Below the pieces are notes generated by a model. It did not search any database and was not told the origin of the DNA. It saw only the letters and a program-made list of their open reading frames with translations. A stretch of 64,000 nt of DNA from assembly GCA_965242695.1 (NCBI GenBank), contig CBDESU010000002.1, forward strand, positions 832,001-896,000, given 5' to 3'. This document shows, piece by piece, positions 10,598 through 21,804 of this stretch (position 1 is the stretch's first letter; every line of letters begins with the position of its first letter). Position numbers and translations under genes: made by a program. The DNA is from Cenarchaeum sp. (GTDB lineage Archaea; Thermoproteota; Nitrososphaeria; Nitrososphaerales; Nitrosopumilaceae).

Positions 10598-11731
10598 CTA
10601 TCGGGGGCTCCGCCGCCGCCGCGCCCATGCCAGGTACGCCGCCGCGCCGCCGCCAGCAGCTGCGATTCCCGCCGCAACGGCCAATATCACAGGGTCTGCG
10701 GCAGCCTCCTCCTGCCCGGGGGATGCGCCGCCGGACTCGTCCCCGTCCGCCGCAGTCTCCTGCCTTGATTCCCCTCCGTCCTTTTCGTCCCCTGCGCCGG
10801 GCCCCGCCCCGGCCCCCGCCGCCGCGCTGCCGAAGATGCGGACCGTCCCGTCCTCGGCCGGCCTGGCGCTCACGCCGATCATTCCGCCGCCGGCATCGAA
10901 CGTCGTCACCGGCGCACTCTCTCCGCCGATCTCGGCCCGGTACGGCGGGCCGAGCAGCCCAGGCGGGACGACGAGCGTGACCCACCTGCCGCCCGCATCG
11001 GAGACGCCGCCGGCCTCGTATGCTATGGACCCCGAGGCGGGATCGAACGCAAGGGGCCCCACCTCGGCGGCCGTCCACACGCCGACGTCGATCCGCTCCT
11101 TTTCCCCGCCGCCGCCGCCCATCTCGAACGTCTGCACGCCCCTCGGCTCGTCGACAGTAAACTCTAGCTCCATCTGGCAGCCGTGGCAGGTAAAGGCCCT
11201 GGCGCCCGTAAAGTGCACCGCCTGCCCGTTGACGAACGCCACGTCGACCCCGTCGGGGAGGGTGAACGAGGTGGTGGCCCTGTACAGGAACGACCAAGAG
11301 TAGGTGCTCGGCTCGGACAGCCGCATGGCCCCCTCGAGGCCGTACCTGACGAGCAGGCTGCCGCTGCCGGCCGGCACGACCGCATGCGAGCCGTCGCCCG
11401 AGACCTCGATGCCGCCTATTTCGCCGCCGTCCCCGCCGGCGCCGACCGCCCTGACGTCGACGAGCCTTGCCCCCTGGCTCCCGAGCAGCGGCACCCTCCT
11501 GGCCTCGCCTCCCCCGGCCACCTCGTGCTCCACGCTGACCGTCCCGTTCCCGAGTATTGCGACGGATGCAGACGGAACCCTGGCCTCGGGCAGCGGGGCC
11601 CTGACGGCGGCGGATGCCCCTGCCTCTTCCTGCCCGCTCGCTTCCGCGGCTCCCCCCGCGGCGGCAAGCACCGCCGCCGCCGCAGCCAGCATGCAAAACG
11701 CCGCGCCGCCGCGCCGCCCGTTCGCCGTCAT
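10598..11731 (-). CDS. Secreted protein with C-terminal membrane anchor
   Basis: Signal peptide, beta-rich body, C-terminal TM followed by RRRR; overlaps the cyclophilin stop. Confidence 0.75.
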   Translation of the reverse strand: MTANGRRGGAAFCMLAAAAAVLAAAGGAAEASGQEEAGASAAVRAPLPEARVPSASVAILGNGTVSVEHEVAGGGEARRVPLLGSQGARLVDVRAVGAGGDGGEIGGIEVSGDGSHAVVPAGSGSLLVRYGLEGAMRLSEPSTYSWSFLYRATTSFTLPDGVDVAFVNGQAVHFTGARAFTCHGCQMELEFTVDEPRGVQTFEMGGGGGEKERIDVGVWTAAEVGPLAFDPASGSIAYEAGGVSDAGGRWVTLVVPPGLLGPPYRAEIGGESAPVTTFDAGGGMIGVSARPAEDGTVRIFGSAAAGAGAGPGAGDEKDGGESRQETAADGDESGGASPGQEEAAADPVILAVAAGIAAAGGGAAAYLAWARRRRSPR

Positions 11732-12207
11732 TGCGAGATCGTAACCTTGAGCATGCGCGCCTCGGAGAGCGGGCAGTCGTTCGCGTCCCTCTCGAGCGCG
11801 ACTATCTTGTCGGCCACGTCCATTCCCTCGACGACCTCGCCGAACGCGGTGTACTGCCTGTCGAGGAACAGGCTGTCCGTGGTGACAATGAAGAACTGCG
11901 AGCCCGCGCTGTCCGGATCCGACGCCCTTGCCATCGAGACGGCGCCTCGCTTGTGCGGCCTAGGGTTGAACTCGGCCCTTATCGTGTAGCCTGGCCCCCC
12001 GCTGCCCCACTTCGACTTGTCGCCGCCCTTTGAGTTGGGATCGCCGCCCTGTATCATAAAGCCCGGAATGACCCTGTGGAAGAGGGTCCCGTCGTAGAAC
12101 CCCGACCCCGCGAGCTTTTCAAAGTTGCGCACCGTCTCGGGCGCCGCCTCTGGATCCAGCCTGAAGCGTATCGTGCCGTGGTTTGTCTCGATTACGGCCG
12201 TGGACAC
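11728..12207 (-). CDS. ppiA: Cyclophilin-type peptidyl-prolyl isomerase
   Basis: FYDGTLFHRVIPGFMIQGGD, SMAR and SAGSQFFI motifs. Confidence 0.96.
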   Translation of the reverse strand: MSTAVIETNHGTIRFRLDPEAAPETVRNFEKLAGSGFYDGTLFHRVIPGFMIQGGDPNSKGGDKSKWGSGGPGYTIRAEFNPRPHKRGAVSMARASDPDSAGSQFFIVTTDSLFLDRQYTAFGEVVEGMDVADKIVALERDANDCPLSEARMLKVTISQ

Positions 12208-12269
12208 GCCGGCGCGCCCCCGCCGCCCCTTATAGCCCTTGCGCGGCCGCCCTCAGCCGGGAAAGTCCC

Positions 12270-12379
12270 GGCCCCGCCCCCGCCCCCGAAACCCGCCCGG
12301 ACCGCCCCCCGCGCCGGGGCGGCGCGGGCGGATTGGCGCCTAGGCCCCGCCCCCGCCCCCGAAACCCGCCCGGACCGCC
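12270..12379. repeat. Two 37-bp direct repeats (period 73)
   Basis: GGCCCCGCCCCCGCCCCCGAAACCCGCCCGGACCGCC at 12270 and 12343. Confidence 0.85.
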
Positions 12380-12507
12380 TCCCCGCCGGGAAAGACCCAG
12401 GCCCCGGCAGGCCCCAAACGGCCCTTCCGGCGGCCCTTTTTCCCGCCCCGAGGCCCCCTTTTGCGCCCCGCGAATTAGTTATATACAACGCAAATCGGAA
12501 AACCGGC

Positions 12508-12831
12508 GTGAGCTTCAAAGCGACAAAATCTACGGGCAGTGTAGACATCCAGACGCCGCCGCTGGAAGCGGGGGCCTTGACGGCCCCCGACGCGGCCGGG
12601 GATGCGCCCGAGCTGCGCAAGACAAGCCTGGTCAAGACGGCCATCAACACGTACCTCGAAGAGGGCATGACCGACAAGAACGCGCTGTACACAAAGGTCG
12701 TCAGCGAGCTAGGCGTCCCGCGCCCGTCCGTGAGGCGGATTGCCCGGGACATGCGGCTGCGCGACGAGCTTTTGGACAAGGTGAACGTGCTCCGGCCGGC
12801 CGTAGAGGCGCGAGCCGGCGCGCAGGCCTAG
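12508..12831 (+). CDS. Small hypothetical HTH-like protein
   Basis: GTG downstream of TTATATA box; LYTKVVSELGVPRPSVRRIA helix-turn-helix-like segment. Confidence 0.6.
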   Translation: MSFKATKSTGSVDIQTPPLEAGALTAPDAAGDAPELRKTSLVKTAINTYLEEGMTDKNALYTKVVSELGVPRPSVRRIARDMRLRDELLDKVNVLRPAVEARAGAQA

Positions 12832-12883
12832 GCGGAGGCCCCTTTCTCTATTTTTTGGACATGCCCCGCGGGGATGCCGCCCG

Positions 12884-13582
12884 CTATTTCCAAGCCCTGT
12901 CGTCGCCGGTGTACCCGCACATGCCCATCCTCGGCGAGTTGACCACGGGCAGGAACGTCCCCTCGTCCACCTCGCCCTGGCCCTCGTCGTGCTCGTGCTT
13001 TTCGGCGCACTTTTTGCACAAGAGGCACTCCTTGTCCATCCACATGCACGACGTGCACACCTCGGCGGCCTTTCCCTTTGCGCCGCATATCCCGCAGTCG
13101 TGCGGGACGTCGTTGTTCCTGGCCACCACCTCTACGTCGTCCTCGCCGAGCCCCTCGCCGGGGCACGGGCAGACCATCTTGACGGTCAGGGAGGTCGGGG
13201 TGCCAAAGTCGTACTCGTAGCCGAGCGGCCCCTCACTGGACAGGACACTTATCGCATTGGCGTCCATCGACTTTGACTCGAGGTCACCCGAGTATCCTCC
13301 GCCGGGCTCTGCCGAGTCGTACGACGCGGTCTTTGACGTGAACGCGCTCAGGTGCTGGCAGCACTCGACCCACGTGTCCCTGATGAGGGTGTCCAGGTCG
13401 TCGAGGCTCGCCTTGCTGCCGACCCTGACGTACATCCAGTAGACTACGGACCCGCTGTTTGTGACCCTGACAAGGCCGGCGTCCCCGCCGCCCCTGCCCT
13501 CGAGGTGCCCCAGCACGTGGGCTCGCATCTTTTTTGCCGGCACGGCCTCCTTGCAGATCGCGCACGTGCCGTCCACGGCCAT
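12884..13582 (-). CDS. pRiA4b ORF-3-like protein with zinc-binding motifs
   Basis: L.DLD.LIR..W.ECC.HLSAF, YEYDFG, several CxxC, PVVNSPRMGMCGY. Confidence 0.75.
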   Translation of the reverse strand: MAVDGTCAICKEAVPAKKMRAHVLGHLEGRGGGDAGLVRVTNSGSVVYWMYVRVGSKASLDDLDTLIRDTWVECCQHLSAFTSKTASYDSAEPGGGYSGDLESKSMDANAISVLSSEGPLGYEYDFGTPTSLTVKMVCPCPGEGLGEDDVEVVARNNDVPHDCGICGAKGKAAEVCTSCMWMDKECLLCKKCAEKHEHDEGQGEVDEGTFLPVVNSPRMGMCGYTGDDRAWK

Positions 13583-13701
13583 GCGCCGTCCCGGCCGCGC
13601 CGGGATATAACCTGTCCGTATGGGAGGGAGAGCCGCGGCCGGGCGCGGCGAGCCGCGGCCGGCCGTCCGGGCGGCGCCGGCGGCGGCGCAGGGGCGCCCC
13701 G

Positions 13702-13791
13702 CCGCCCCGCGCCCCGCGACCCGGCAGCCTGCCCGCCGCTCCGCACGGCCGCCCGCCCCGCGCCCCGCGACCCGGCAGCCTGCCCGCCGCT
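13702..13791. repeat. Two 39-bp direct repeats (period 51)
   Basis: CCGCCCCGCGCCCCGCGACCCGGCAGCCTGCCCGCCGCT at 13702 and 13753. Confidence 0.85.
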
Positions 13792-13824
13792 ACCGTTATA
13801 ACGGCCGGCCGGCGGGGGCGCCGC

Positions 13825-14313
13825 GTGGGATACCTCTACAACCACCTCGCGACGGTCGTCTGCGGGGCGTTCGCCGCCGCCCTGTCGATCACGTGGGCCC
13901 TGATGGTCCCAGAGTACCCGCTGCTCAACTTTGTCTTCATAATGGCCGTGCCGATTGCGTGGTTTCTTGTCGCCATGTGCTGGCTGGCCCAGAAGAGCAC
14001 AGACTATGCCCACTCTGCCCACGGTGAAAAAAAAAGCTTGACTAGCGCCGCCGCGCAGGCCTCCTCTTCCGGCGGCCAGGTAGTCGCTACCGTCGAGGGG
14101 GGCGCCGGCGGCAGCGGCGGCCCCGAGGCGGAGCTGGCCGCGGCCAAGGAGAAGCTCTCGCGCGAGCTTGACGCGGTAAAGGACGACGCAAGGCTAAAGG
14201 ACACCGAGATTGCCCGCCTCAAGGGAGAGATAACCGACCTGCAGACGCTCGTGCAGATCGAGTCGCTAAGGGCCGAGCTTGCCAACCTAAAGGCGCTTGC
14301 GGCGAAGCGGTAG
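13825..14313 (+). CDS. Two-TM membrane protein with C-terminal coiled coil
   Basis: GTG after TTATAA box; two hydrophobic helices, then heptad-rich tail. Confidence 0.75.
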   Translation: MGYLYNHLATVVCGAFAAALSITWALMVPEYPLLNFVFIMAVPIAWFLVAMCWLAQKSTDYAHSAHGEKKSLTSAAAQASSSGGQVVATVEGGAGGSGGPEAELAAAKEKLSRELDAVKDDARLKDTEIARLKGEITDLQTLVQIESLRAELANLKALAAKR

Positions 14314-14320
14314 CGTGCCC

Positions 14321-14455
14321 TTAATGGATCGCGCAGTGCGGGCATGCGCGGTGCCCGTCCGCACCCCTGTGCATCTCCTTGCAACCGGGGCAGCTGATGG
14401 CGCCGCCGTAGTGGCACCTGCACGGGCACGTCTCGCCGTCCCTCCCGCCGGGCAT
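14321..14455 (-). CDS. 44-aa Cys/His-rich small protein (not in ORF track)
   Basis: MPGGRDGETCPCRCHYGGAISCPGCKEMHRGADGHRACPHCAIH*; TATTTA box ~25 nt upstream. Confidence 0.6.
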   Translation of the reverse strand: MPGGRDGETCPCRCHYGGAISCPGCKEMHRGADGHRACPHCAIH

Positions 14456-14534
14456 CGCGGAACCGCCCGTACGGCCCCCTAAATACCGCGCCGCCCGGGC
14501 GAATGCGCCTGCGTTCCGGGATATCCTGCAGGGG

Positions 14535-15065
14535 CTAGCCGCGCAGCTTGGATGCCAGGTCTAGCGTGCCGTCGACGAGTTCCCTGAGCCTTGCGCGCGC
14601 ATCCTCGTCGGCGACGGCGCCGCCCGAGATCATATTGGCCGTCATGTACACGGCCTTTGGGTTCGGGTGTATCCCATAGTACACCATCATCTTTGAGAGC
14701 ATCACCTGCACGTCCGAAAAGCTCTGCTCGCTCGACGCCATCAGGGCGATGCCGGCGACCTTGCCCGAGTTTGCCTTGTAGTCGAGGAACTCGAAGAGGT
14801 TCTTGAGGGCCGAGCTGTACGACCAGTTGTACACGGGCGAGCCGATCAGCCACACGTCGGCCTCGCCGAGGTCCCTGATCGCCTGGCGCGTGGCCTCGCC
14901 GATCTCCCCGGGCGCCTGGCCTGCAAACCTGTCGATCGTCCCGTCGGCCAGGTTCAGGTACACGGTGTCGGGGTTTTTCGCCCTTGCGTGCTCGTACGCC
15001 TCGCGCATCATGTACTGCGTGTTGGCGCCCTTTCTGGGGCTCGCGGACACGACGACGACCTTCAC
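14535..15065 (-). CDS. NAD(P)H-dependent FMN reductase
   Basis: SASPRKGANT and GSPVYNWSYSSALKNLFE flavodoxin-like motifs. Confidence 0.9.
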   Translation of the reverse strand: MKVVVVSASPRKGANTQYMMREAYEHARAKNPDTVYLNLADGTIDRFAGQAPGEIGEATRQAIRDLGEADVWLIGSPVYNWSYSSALKNLFEFLDYKANSGKVAGIALMASSEQSFSDVQVMLSKMMVYYGIHPNPKAVYMTANMISGGAVADEDARARLRELVDGTLDLASKLRG

Positions 15066-15120
15066 GGCGCGCCGCGCGGCGGCCGCTATTTAAAGCCGCC
15101 CCGCGGCCTTTCGAGTTGGG

Positions 15121-15213
15121 CGGGCTCGGAGGGCTTCGATCCCTCGACCTGTAACTTAGGAGGCTACCGCGCTATCCATACTTCGCGCCTTTGCGGCTCT
15201 GCGCTACGAACCC
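15121..15213 (-). tRNA. tRNA-Arg(CCT) with 18-nt D-loop intron (15181-15198)
   Basis: Acceptor GGGTTCG/CGAGCCC, D stem GCGC/GCGC, anticodon arm GTAGC-CTCCTAA-GTTAC, T arm GAGGG-ATCGAAG-CCCTC; removing AGCCGCAAAGGCGCGAAG gives a 75-nt cloverleaf. Confidence 0.9.
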
Positions 15214-15243
15214 GGCGCCCCGCCGCGGACGGACAATTTAAGC

Positions 15244-15975
15244 CTAGTCGGCGCCGCCGCGCCGCCCCTGCGGCGCCCCGCCCGCATCGGCCATCGACTC
15301 CCAGTCGGACTCCCCCCTGCGCCCCCACCTGTCCGAGTGGACGACCTGCCCGAGTCCGAGCCGCGGTAGCCACCCGGCCTCCTCGAGGCCGGGCCTTGGG
15401 GCAAATTTCTCGACGTGCCCCAGGCACAGGTACGCGACGGGCAGCACGCCTGCCGGTATGCCGAGCGCGCCGCGGACCGCATCGTTGGACAGTATGCTGA
15501 CCCACCCGACGCCGACGCCCTCGGCCCGGGCAGCCAGCCACAGGTTCTGCACTGCGCAGCACACGCTGTACACGCCCGTCTGGGGCATCGGACCGCGCCC
15601 GATGACGAACGGCCCGAACCGCGCCTCGTCGTACGTCACGCACACGTTGACCGGCGCATCGAGTATGCCCTCTAGCTTTAGCGACAGGTACAGGGCGCGC
15701 CGGTCGGGGTCGCCCTCCAGGTCGGCCGCCGCGGCCATCCTCTCCTCGTCGAACGACGCCTTGATCCTCTCGCGCGCCTCGCGGTCCCTGACTACGACAA
15801 AGTCCCACGGCTGCGAGAAGCCGACGGACGGGGCGTGGTGCGCCGCGTTGAGTATGCGCGCAAGCGTCGCGTCGCCCACGGGCCTGCCCGTGAACCCCGA
15901 CCTCACGTCGCGGCGGGCAAAGACGGCCTTGTACAGCCCCGCCCTTTCGTCGTCGGTGAGCTCGTTGCCGCCCAT
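15244..15975 (-). CDS. bluB: 5,6-dimethylbenzimidazole synthase
   Basis: RRDVR, AAHHAPSVGFSQPWDF, LKLEGI, QNLWLAARAEGVGVGWVS. Confidence 0.95.
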   Translation of the reverse strand: MGGNELTDDERAGLYKAVFARRDVRSGFTGRPVGDATLARILNAAHHAPSVGFSQPWDFVVVRDREARERIKASFDEERMAAAADLEGDPDRRALYLSLKLEGILDAPVNVCVTYDEARFGPFVIGRGPMPQTGVYSVCCAVQNLWLAARAEGVGVGWVSILSNDAVRGALGIPAGVLPVAYLCLGHVEKFAPRPGLEEAGWLPRLGLGQVVHSDRWGRRGESDWESMADAGGAPQGRRGGAD

Positions 15976-16091
15976 GCCCTAGGCGCGGGGGCGCGGCCTT
16001 TTCTGCCTTTCGGCCTGCCCGCGCCCGCGCCCGCGCCGGGGTCGCCCGCCCGCCCGCAAGGTTAATAACGCCCGCCCGCCGAGGCGCCGCA

Positions 16092-16168
16092 GGGCCGGTA
16101 GTCTAGTTGGTCAGGACGTTGCCTTGACATGGCAAAGACCGTGAGTTCGAATCTCATCCGGCCCACCA
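16092..16168 (+). tRNA. tRNA-Val(GAC) with encoded CCA
   Basis: Acceptor GGGCCGG/CCGGCCC, anticodon arm TTGCC-TTGACAT-GGCAA, T loop TTCGAAT, 3' ACCA. Confidence 0.95.
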
Positions 16169-16261
16169 CCACACTACCATCGCGCGCGCTGCCGCCAGCG
16201 CCGCATGCCGCCGCGCATCTGGCCGTCTCTTCGATGATCGACCGGGGCGCCCCGCCCGCGG

Positions 16262-16774
16262 TCATTCGCAGATCTCGTAGGGCGGGCGCGGCAGGGGGCA
16301 CTCGACTATAGACCAGGACGTCTCGACCATGATCGTCCCGGTCGCGTCGTACTCTACGCCGCCCTGCCCGGACACGATGGCATCGTACAGGCCGCCGTCG
16401 ACCGTATCCCTTGCCAGCACGAACGTGTTCTTGAGGGGTATTTCGACGCCGGCGTAGAACGCCGCGCGGCCGGGCATCGAGACGTCCTCGGTCGAGTACA
16501 CGCCGGCCCCGATCGGCTCGCCGTTGGCGTAGAGGTCGTACTTTATGACCGGGACGGTGAACGTCTTGTCCGACGGGTTGGCCACGAGGAACGACACCTC
16601 TAGCTTTGCCGTGTCGGATATGGTGTCGACGTCGACGACCCTGACGCCGTCCAGGTCGACCTCGACCTTTTCAAGCTCGGGGTTGTCGAGGCTCGCATAG
16701 TAGACGAACCCGCCCATCATGGCGAGCAGCGCGGCGATGGCGGCGAACACGGTCGCCCGGCTCTGCAGGTTCAC
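16262..16774 (-). CDS. LEA-2/WHy-domain membrane-anchored protein
   Basis: N-terminal TM, then F.V.NPS...I.YDLYANG.PIG. Confidence 0.8.
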   Translation of the reverse strand: MNLQSRATVFAAIAALLAMMGGFVYYASLDNPELEKVEVDLDGVRVVDVDTISDTAKLEVSFLVANPSDKTFTVPVIKYDLYANGEPIGAGVYSTEDVSMPGRAAFYAGVEIPLKNTFVLARDTVDGGLYDAIVSGQGGVEYDATGTIMVETSWSIVECPLPRPPYEICE

Positions 16775-16865
16775 GCGCCGGCGCGCCGCCGGGGCCGATA
16801 AAAAGCGTTGGGCGCGCCCCTGCGCCCGCGAACAGATAATATCGAACCGCCGCCCCACCGGGCGC

Positions 16866-17375
16866 GTGGGCATCGAGCAGGCCGTCATCACATGGGTGCA
16901 CCTCGTCTCGGCGGCCATCTGGGTCGGAGGCGGCCTGTTCCTGGGCGTCGTCCTCGCGCCCGTTCTGAGGCGCACGTCGATGCCGCTGCACGAGCGGATA
17001 GGCCTCATGGTCCGCGTCGGGAGGCGCTTCAACCGCATCGCCGTCCCGTCCCTGGTCGTGCTGATCGGGACGGGCCTGTACAGCGCGCACGGCATCCTGG
17101 GGCGCCCCGACCTGCTGCTCGAGAGCAGCTACGGGACGTTCCTTGTCATCAAGATGGCCCTTGTCGCCGCCGTCATTGCCGCCTTTGTCGTGCACGTGCG
17201 GGTGGTCGGGGGAGGCGTCGACGAGAGGATCGCGTCGGGCGAGATGACCGACGGCGAGGTGCGCCGCCTGCGCCGCCGCATAATCATACTAGGCGAGGTC
17301 GTCACGGTCCTGTCCGTGGCCATACTGTTCATGGCTGCCCTGCTAGACTCTGGCTTTAGCCCGACCCGTCTATGA
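16866..17375 (+). CDS. CopD-family membrane protein
   Basis: W.HLVSAAIWVGG, LIGTGLY and YG.FL.IK motifs; four TM helices. Confidence 0.85.
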   Translation: MGIEQAVITWVHLVSAAIWVGGGLFLGVVLAPVLRRTSMPLHERIGLMVRVGRRFNRIAVPSLVVLIGTGLYSAHGILGRPDLLLESSYGTFLVIKMALVAAVIAAFVVHVRVVGGGVDERIASGEMTDGEVRRLRRRIIILGEVVTVLSVAILFMAALLDSGFSPTRL

Positions 17376-18462
17376 TGACCTCGTAGGCGCCGCCCCCCGT
17401 GCGGCCCGCGCCGTACCTGCAGCCGGTCATGTCGGCGGCGACGCGCAGGTTCGTCTCCAGGTGGCCGGTGATCACTGGGGCCACGAGCCTGGACCTGCCG
17501 CGGGCCAGGGCCGCCGGCACGACGAGCATGTCGGCCAGGTTGGCGTCGGCGCCGATGCCTGGGGCCGAAAAGCGCTCTGCCATGCCGTCTGCGTCAAAGC
17601 CGCCCTTCCTGTACAGCGAGTCGGCGCCGACGACCGACCCCGCGTCGGCCGCGAACGCGACCGCCGCGGCCCCGCCCCTTCTCCTGCTCCGATGCCGGCC
17701 GGGCCGCGGCCCTGCCTGGCCCTCCCCCTCCTGCAGTTCCTCCTCTTCTTCTACCTCCCTCTCCCATCCGGGTTCCACGGGGCAGCCGGCCTCCTCGAGC
17801 CTGCCGGCGACCCTGCCTAGCGATTCGCGCACGCGACCTGCCGGCAGGCCCGCGTGAGAGCAGTGCAGCGTAGCGCGCATCGAATGGCGTCCTGGCAGCG
17901 ATGCCGCCCGCGGCCGCCCGCCCTCGCACGCCTCGATCGCAGCGCGGACGATGCCGCCGCCCTCTGGATAGTACCCGCGCCTCTCGACTTCCATCGAAAA
18001 CTTGATGCCCATTCGCGAGAGCGCCTCGCGCAGCGCAAGCGACGTGTAGCCGGCCGTCGGGCTCCACGCCACGTCCGTCCCGCCGGTCAGCACGGCCTCG
18101 AGCGGGCGGCCGCGCAGCGAGGCTGCGACCGCAAGGGCCGACAGGATCAGCGTCGTGCTGCCGGCGGTGCCCACGTCGCACCGGATCCTGTTGCCTGCAT
18201 GTTTGCCGCCCTCCCCCGCCCCGCCTGGCTCGAACCGCATCTCGGTCGAGCCCACCCGAACGCCGCTCGTCCGGGCCCCGCACACGGCGGCCAGGGCAGA
18301 GGCGGCCGCGACATGCTGCGCCCTCATGCCCGGGTTGGGGCGGCCGGCCCTGATCCTGTCGATCCTCACGGGCCTGCCCGTAACGCACGACACGGTCAGC
18401 GCCGTGCGGAGTATCTGCCCGCCCCCCTCGCCGGCCGAGCCGTCGATTGCGGCCTCCTCCAT
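17356..18462 (-). CDS. rtcA: RNA 3'-terminal phosphate cyclase
   Basis: IDGS.GEGGGQILR, RPNPG..AQH, GGTDV.WSP, RRGYYPEGGG, HLETN. Confidence 0.93.
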   Translation of the reverse strand: MEEAAIDGSAGEGGGQILRTALTVSCVTGRPVRIDRIRAGRPNPGMRAQHVAAASALAAVCGARTSGVRVGSTEMRFEPGGAGEGGKHAGNRIRCDVGTAGSTTLILSALAVAASLRGRPLEAVLTGGTDVAWSPTAGYTSLALREALSRMGIKFSMEVERRGYYPEGGGIVRAAIEACEGGRPRAASLPGRHSMRATLHCSHAGLPAGRVRESLGRVAGRLEEAGCPVEPGWEREVEEEEELQEGEGQAGPRPGRHRSRRRGGAAAVAFAADAGSVVGADSLYRKGGFDADGMAERFSAPGIGADANLADMLVVPAALARGRSRLVAPVITGHLETNLRVAADMTGCRYGAGRTGGGAYEVIIDGSG

Positions 18463-18525
18463 GCCTCCCCCGCCTCCCGCGCGCCGTTATGATGGTTTTT
18501 AGCCGGATGCCGCCCGTTCGGCGCG

Positions 18526-19041
18526 ATGGACGACGGGGTCCTTGTCGGCCGCTTCCAGCCGCTCCACCTCGGGCACCTCGAGGCGTTCGCGTTCGCCCTG
18601 TCCAAGGCGCGCATGCTCTGGCTCGGCATAGGCAGCTCGAACCGCCCGCCCGACGCGGACAACCCGTTCACGGCGGCCGAGCGCGAGCGGATGGTCTCGC
18701 TGTCGCTGCCGCCGGCCCTGGCCGGGCGCATCCGCACGTACCGCATACCCGACTTTGGGGACCACCGCCTGTGGGCCGAGCACATCGACCGGACCGTCCC
18801 GCCGTACGGCCTCATATTCACCAACGACGGGGCCACGGCCGCCGCGTACGGCCCGAGGACGGCAAGGGCCGTGCCGGTCCCGCACGTGCGGCGCGGGTCG
18901 CTGTCGGGGACCAACGTGCGCCGCCTCGTAAGGGAGGGCGGCGAGCGGGCGTGCGCAGGCCTGGTCCCCGCCGGCACCCTGTCCGTCCTAGAGTCGGTCG
19001 GGGCGGCGGCCCGCCTCCGCTCGCTCGCCGTAGGGTTATAA
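18526..19041 (+). CDS. nadM: Nicotinamide-mononucleotide adenylyltransferase
   Basis: GRFQPLHLGH, IGSS, NPFT..ER, SGTNVR. Confidence 0.93.
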   Translation: MDDGVLVGRFQPLHLGHLEAFAFALSKARMLWLGIGSSNRPPDADNPFTAAERERMVSLSLPPALAGRIRTYRIPDFGDHRLWAEHIDRTVPPYGLIFTNDGATAAAYGPRTARAVPVPHVRRGSLSGTNVRRLVREGGERACAGLVPAGTLSVLESVGAAARLRSLAVGL

Positions 19042-19071
19042 GTGCGGGCGGCGCCGACCGGATCGACCGGA

Positions 19072-20217
19072 ATGGAGTACCTCTCGATGCTGCCCGGCCC
19101 GACGAACGTGCCAAACCGCGTCATGCGGGCCATGCTCGCCCCCATAATCAACCACCGCAGCGACGACTTTGTAGAGCTGTACACCGATGTCGTCTCAAAG
19201 ACGCAGCGGGTCTTCGAGACGTCCGGCGATATCGTCGCCCTGTCGGCGTCCGGCACGGGGGCCGTCGAGGCCGGCGTCGTCAACATGGTCAAAAAGGGCG
19301 ACAAGGTCATCGTGCCGGTCAACGGCGAGTTCAGCGGCCGCCTGGCCACGCTCATCGAGTGGCAGGGCGCAAACGTGGTGAGGCTGGAGACGCCGCCCGG
19401 CACGAACGCGACGCTGGACCAGGTGCGCGAGGCGTTCGACAACAACCCCGACGTGCGGGCGTTCTACGTCGTCCACAACGAGACGTCGACCGGGACGATG
19501 GTGAGCTACCTGGACAGGATATCCGACCTCGTGTCGCGCAACGACGCGTTCTACGTCGTCGACTCGGTCTCGCTGCTCGGCGGCGCGCCGCTGCGCGTCG
19601 ACAAGTGGGGCATCGACGTGTGCATGACCGGCGCGCAAAAGGCGATCGCCGCCCCGCCGGGCATATCGCCCATATCGGTCAGCCCGAGGGCCAAGCGGCA
19701 CATGATCGAAAACCCGCCGAACACGATGTACCTAAACCTGGCGCGCTACTTCAAGTACTACGAGGAGTCGAGGCACACGCCGTTCACGCCGTCCCTCCCG
19801 CTCATGTACGCCTACCGCGAGGCCCTCGACATCCTGCTCGAGGAGGGGCTGGAGAACGCGTTCCGCCGGCACAGGGCGTGCTCGGACGCCCTGTACACCG
19901 GCCTGAGCGCCATCGGGCTGACGCCGTTTGCAAAGGAGGAGGACAGGTCGATCTCGATAGTCGCGCTCAACTACCTCGAGGGGCTCGACGACAAGACGTT
20001 TCGGGGCACGCTTGCGGACCGGTTCAAGGTGCTCGTGGCCGGCGGGTTCGGCAGCCTCAAGGGCAGGGTGTTCCGGGTCGGCTGCATGGGCGAGGTCGGC
20101 GAGTACCACGTAATGAGGACGATATCGTCGATTGCATCGACGCTCGCCATGATGGGGTTCGAGGCCGACGCGCGCGCCGGCCTCGGCGCCGCGGCGGAGC
20201 GGCTCGGGAGCGCCTGA
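19072..20217 (+). CDS. Class V PLP aminotransferase (alanine-glyoxylate/serine-pyruvate type)
   Basis: MLPGPT, HNETSTG, VDSVS, GAQKAIAAPPG, TPFTP. Confidence 0.93.
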   Translation: MEYLSMLPGPTNVPNRVMRAMLAPIINHRSDDFVELYTDVVSKTQRVFETSGDIVALSASGTGAVEAGVVNMVKKGDKVIVPVNGEFSGRLATLIEWQGANVVRLETPPGTNATLDQVREAFDNNPDVRAFYVVHNETSTGTMVSYLDRISDLVSRNDAFYVVDSVSLLGGAPLRVDKWGIDVCMTGAQKAIAAPPGISPISVSPRAKRHMIENPPNTMYLNLARYFKYYEESRHTPFTPSLPLMYAYREALDILLEEGLENAFRRHRACSDALYTGLSAIGLTPFAKEEDRSISIVALNYLEGLDDKTFRGTLADRFKVLVAGGFGSLKGRVFRVGCMGEVGEYHVMRTISSIASTLAMMGFEADARAGLGAAAERLGSA

Positions 20218-20277
20218 TCCCCTCCCCCCGCCCCAGGCCCGCCTATCTTAAAATAGCCGCCCGCGGCGGCCGCGCCG

Positions 20278-21804
<1,527 letters not shown>

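Noticed and set aside
15121-16168. tRNA-targeted integrated element
   Set aside because: No integrase and no duplicated tRNA 3' end were seen; the flanking genes are housekeeping.
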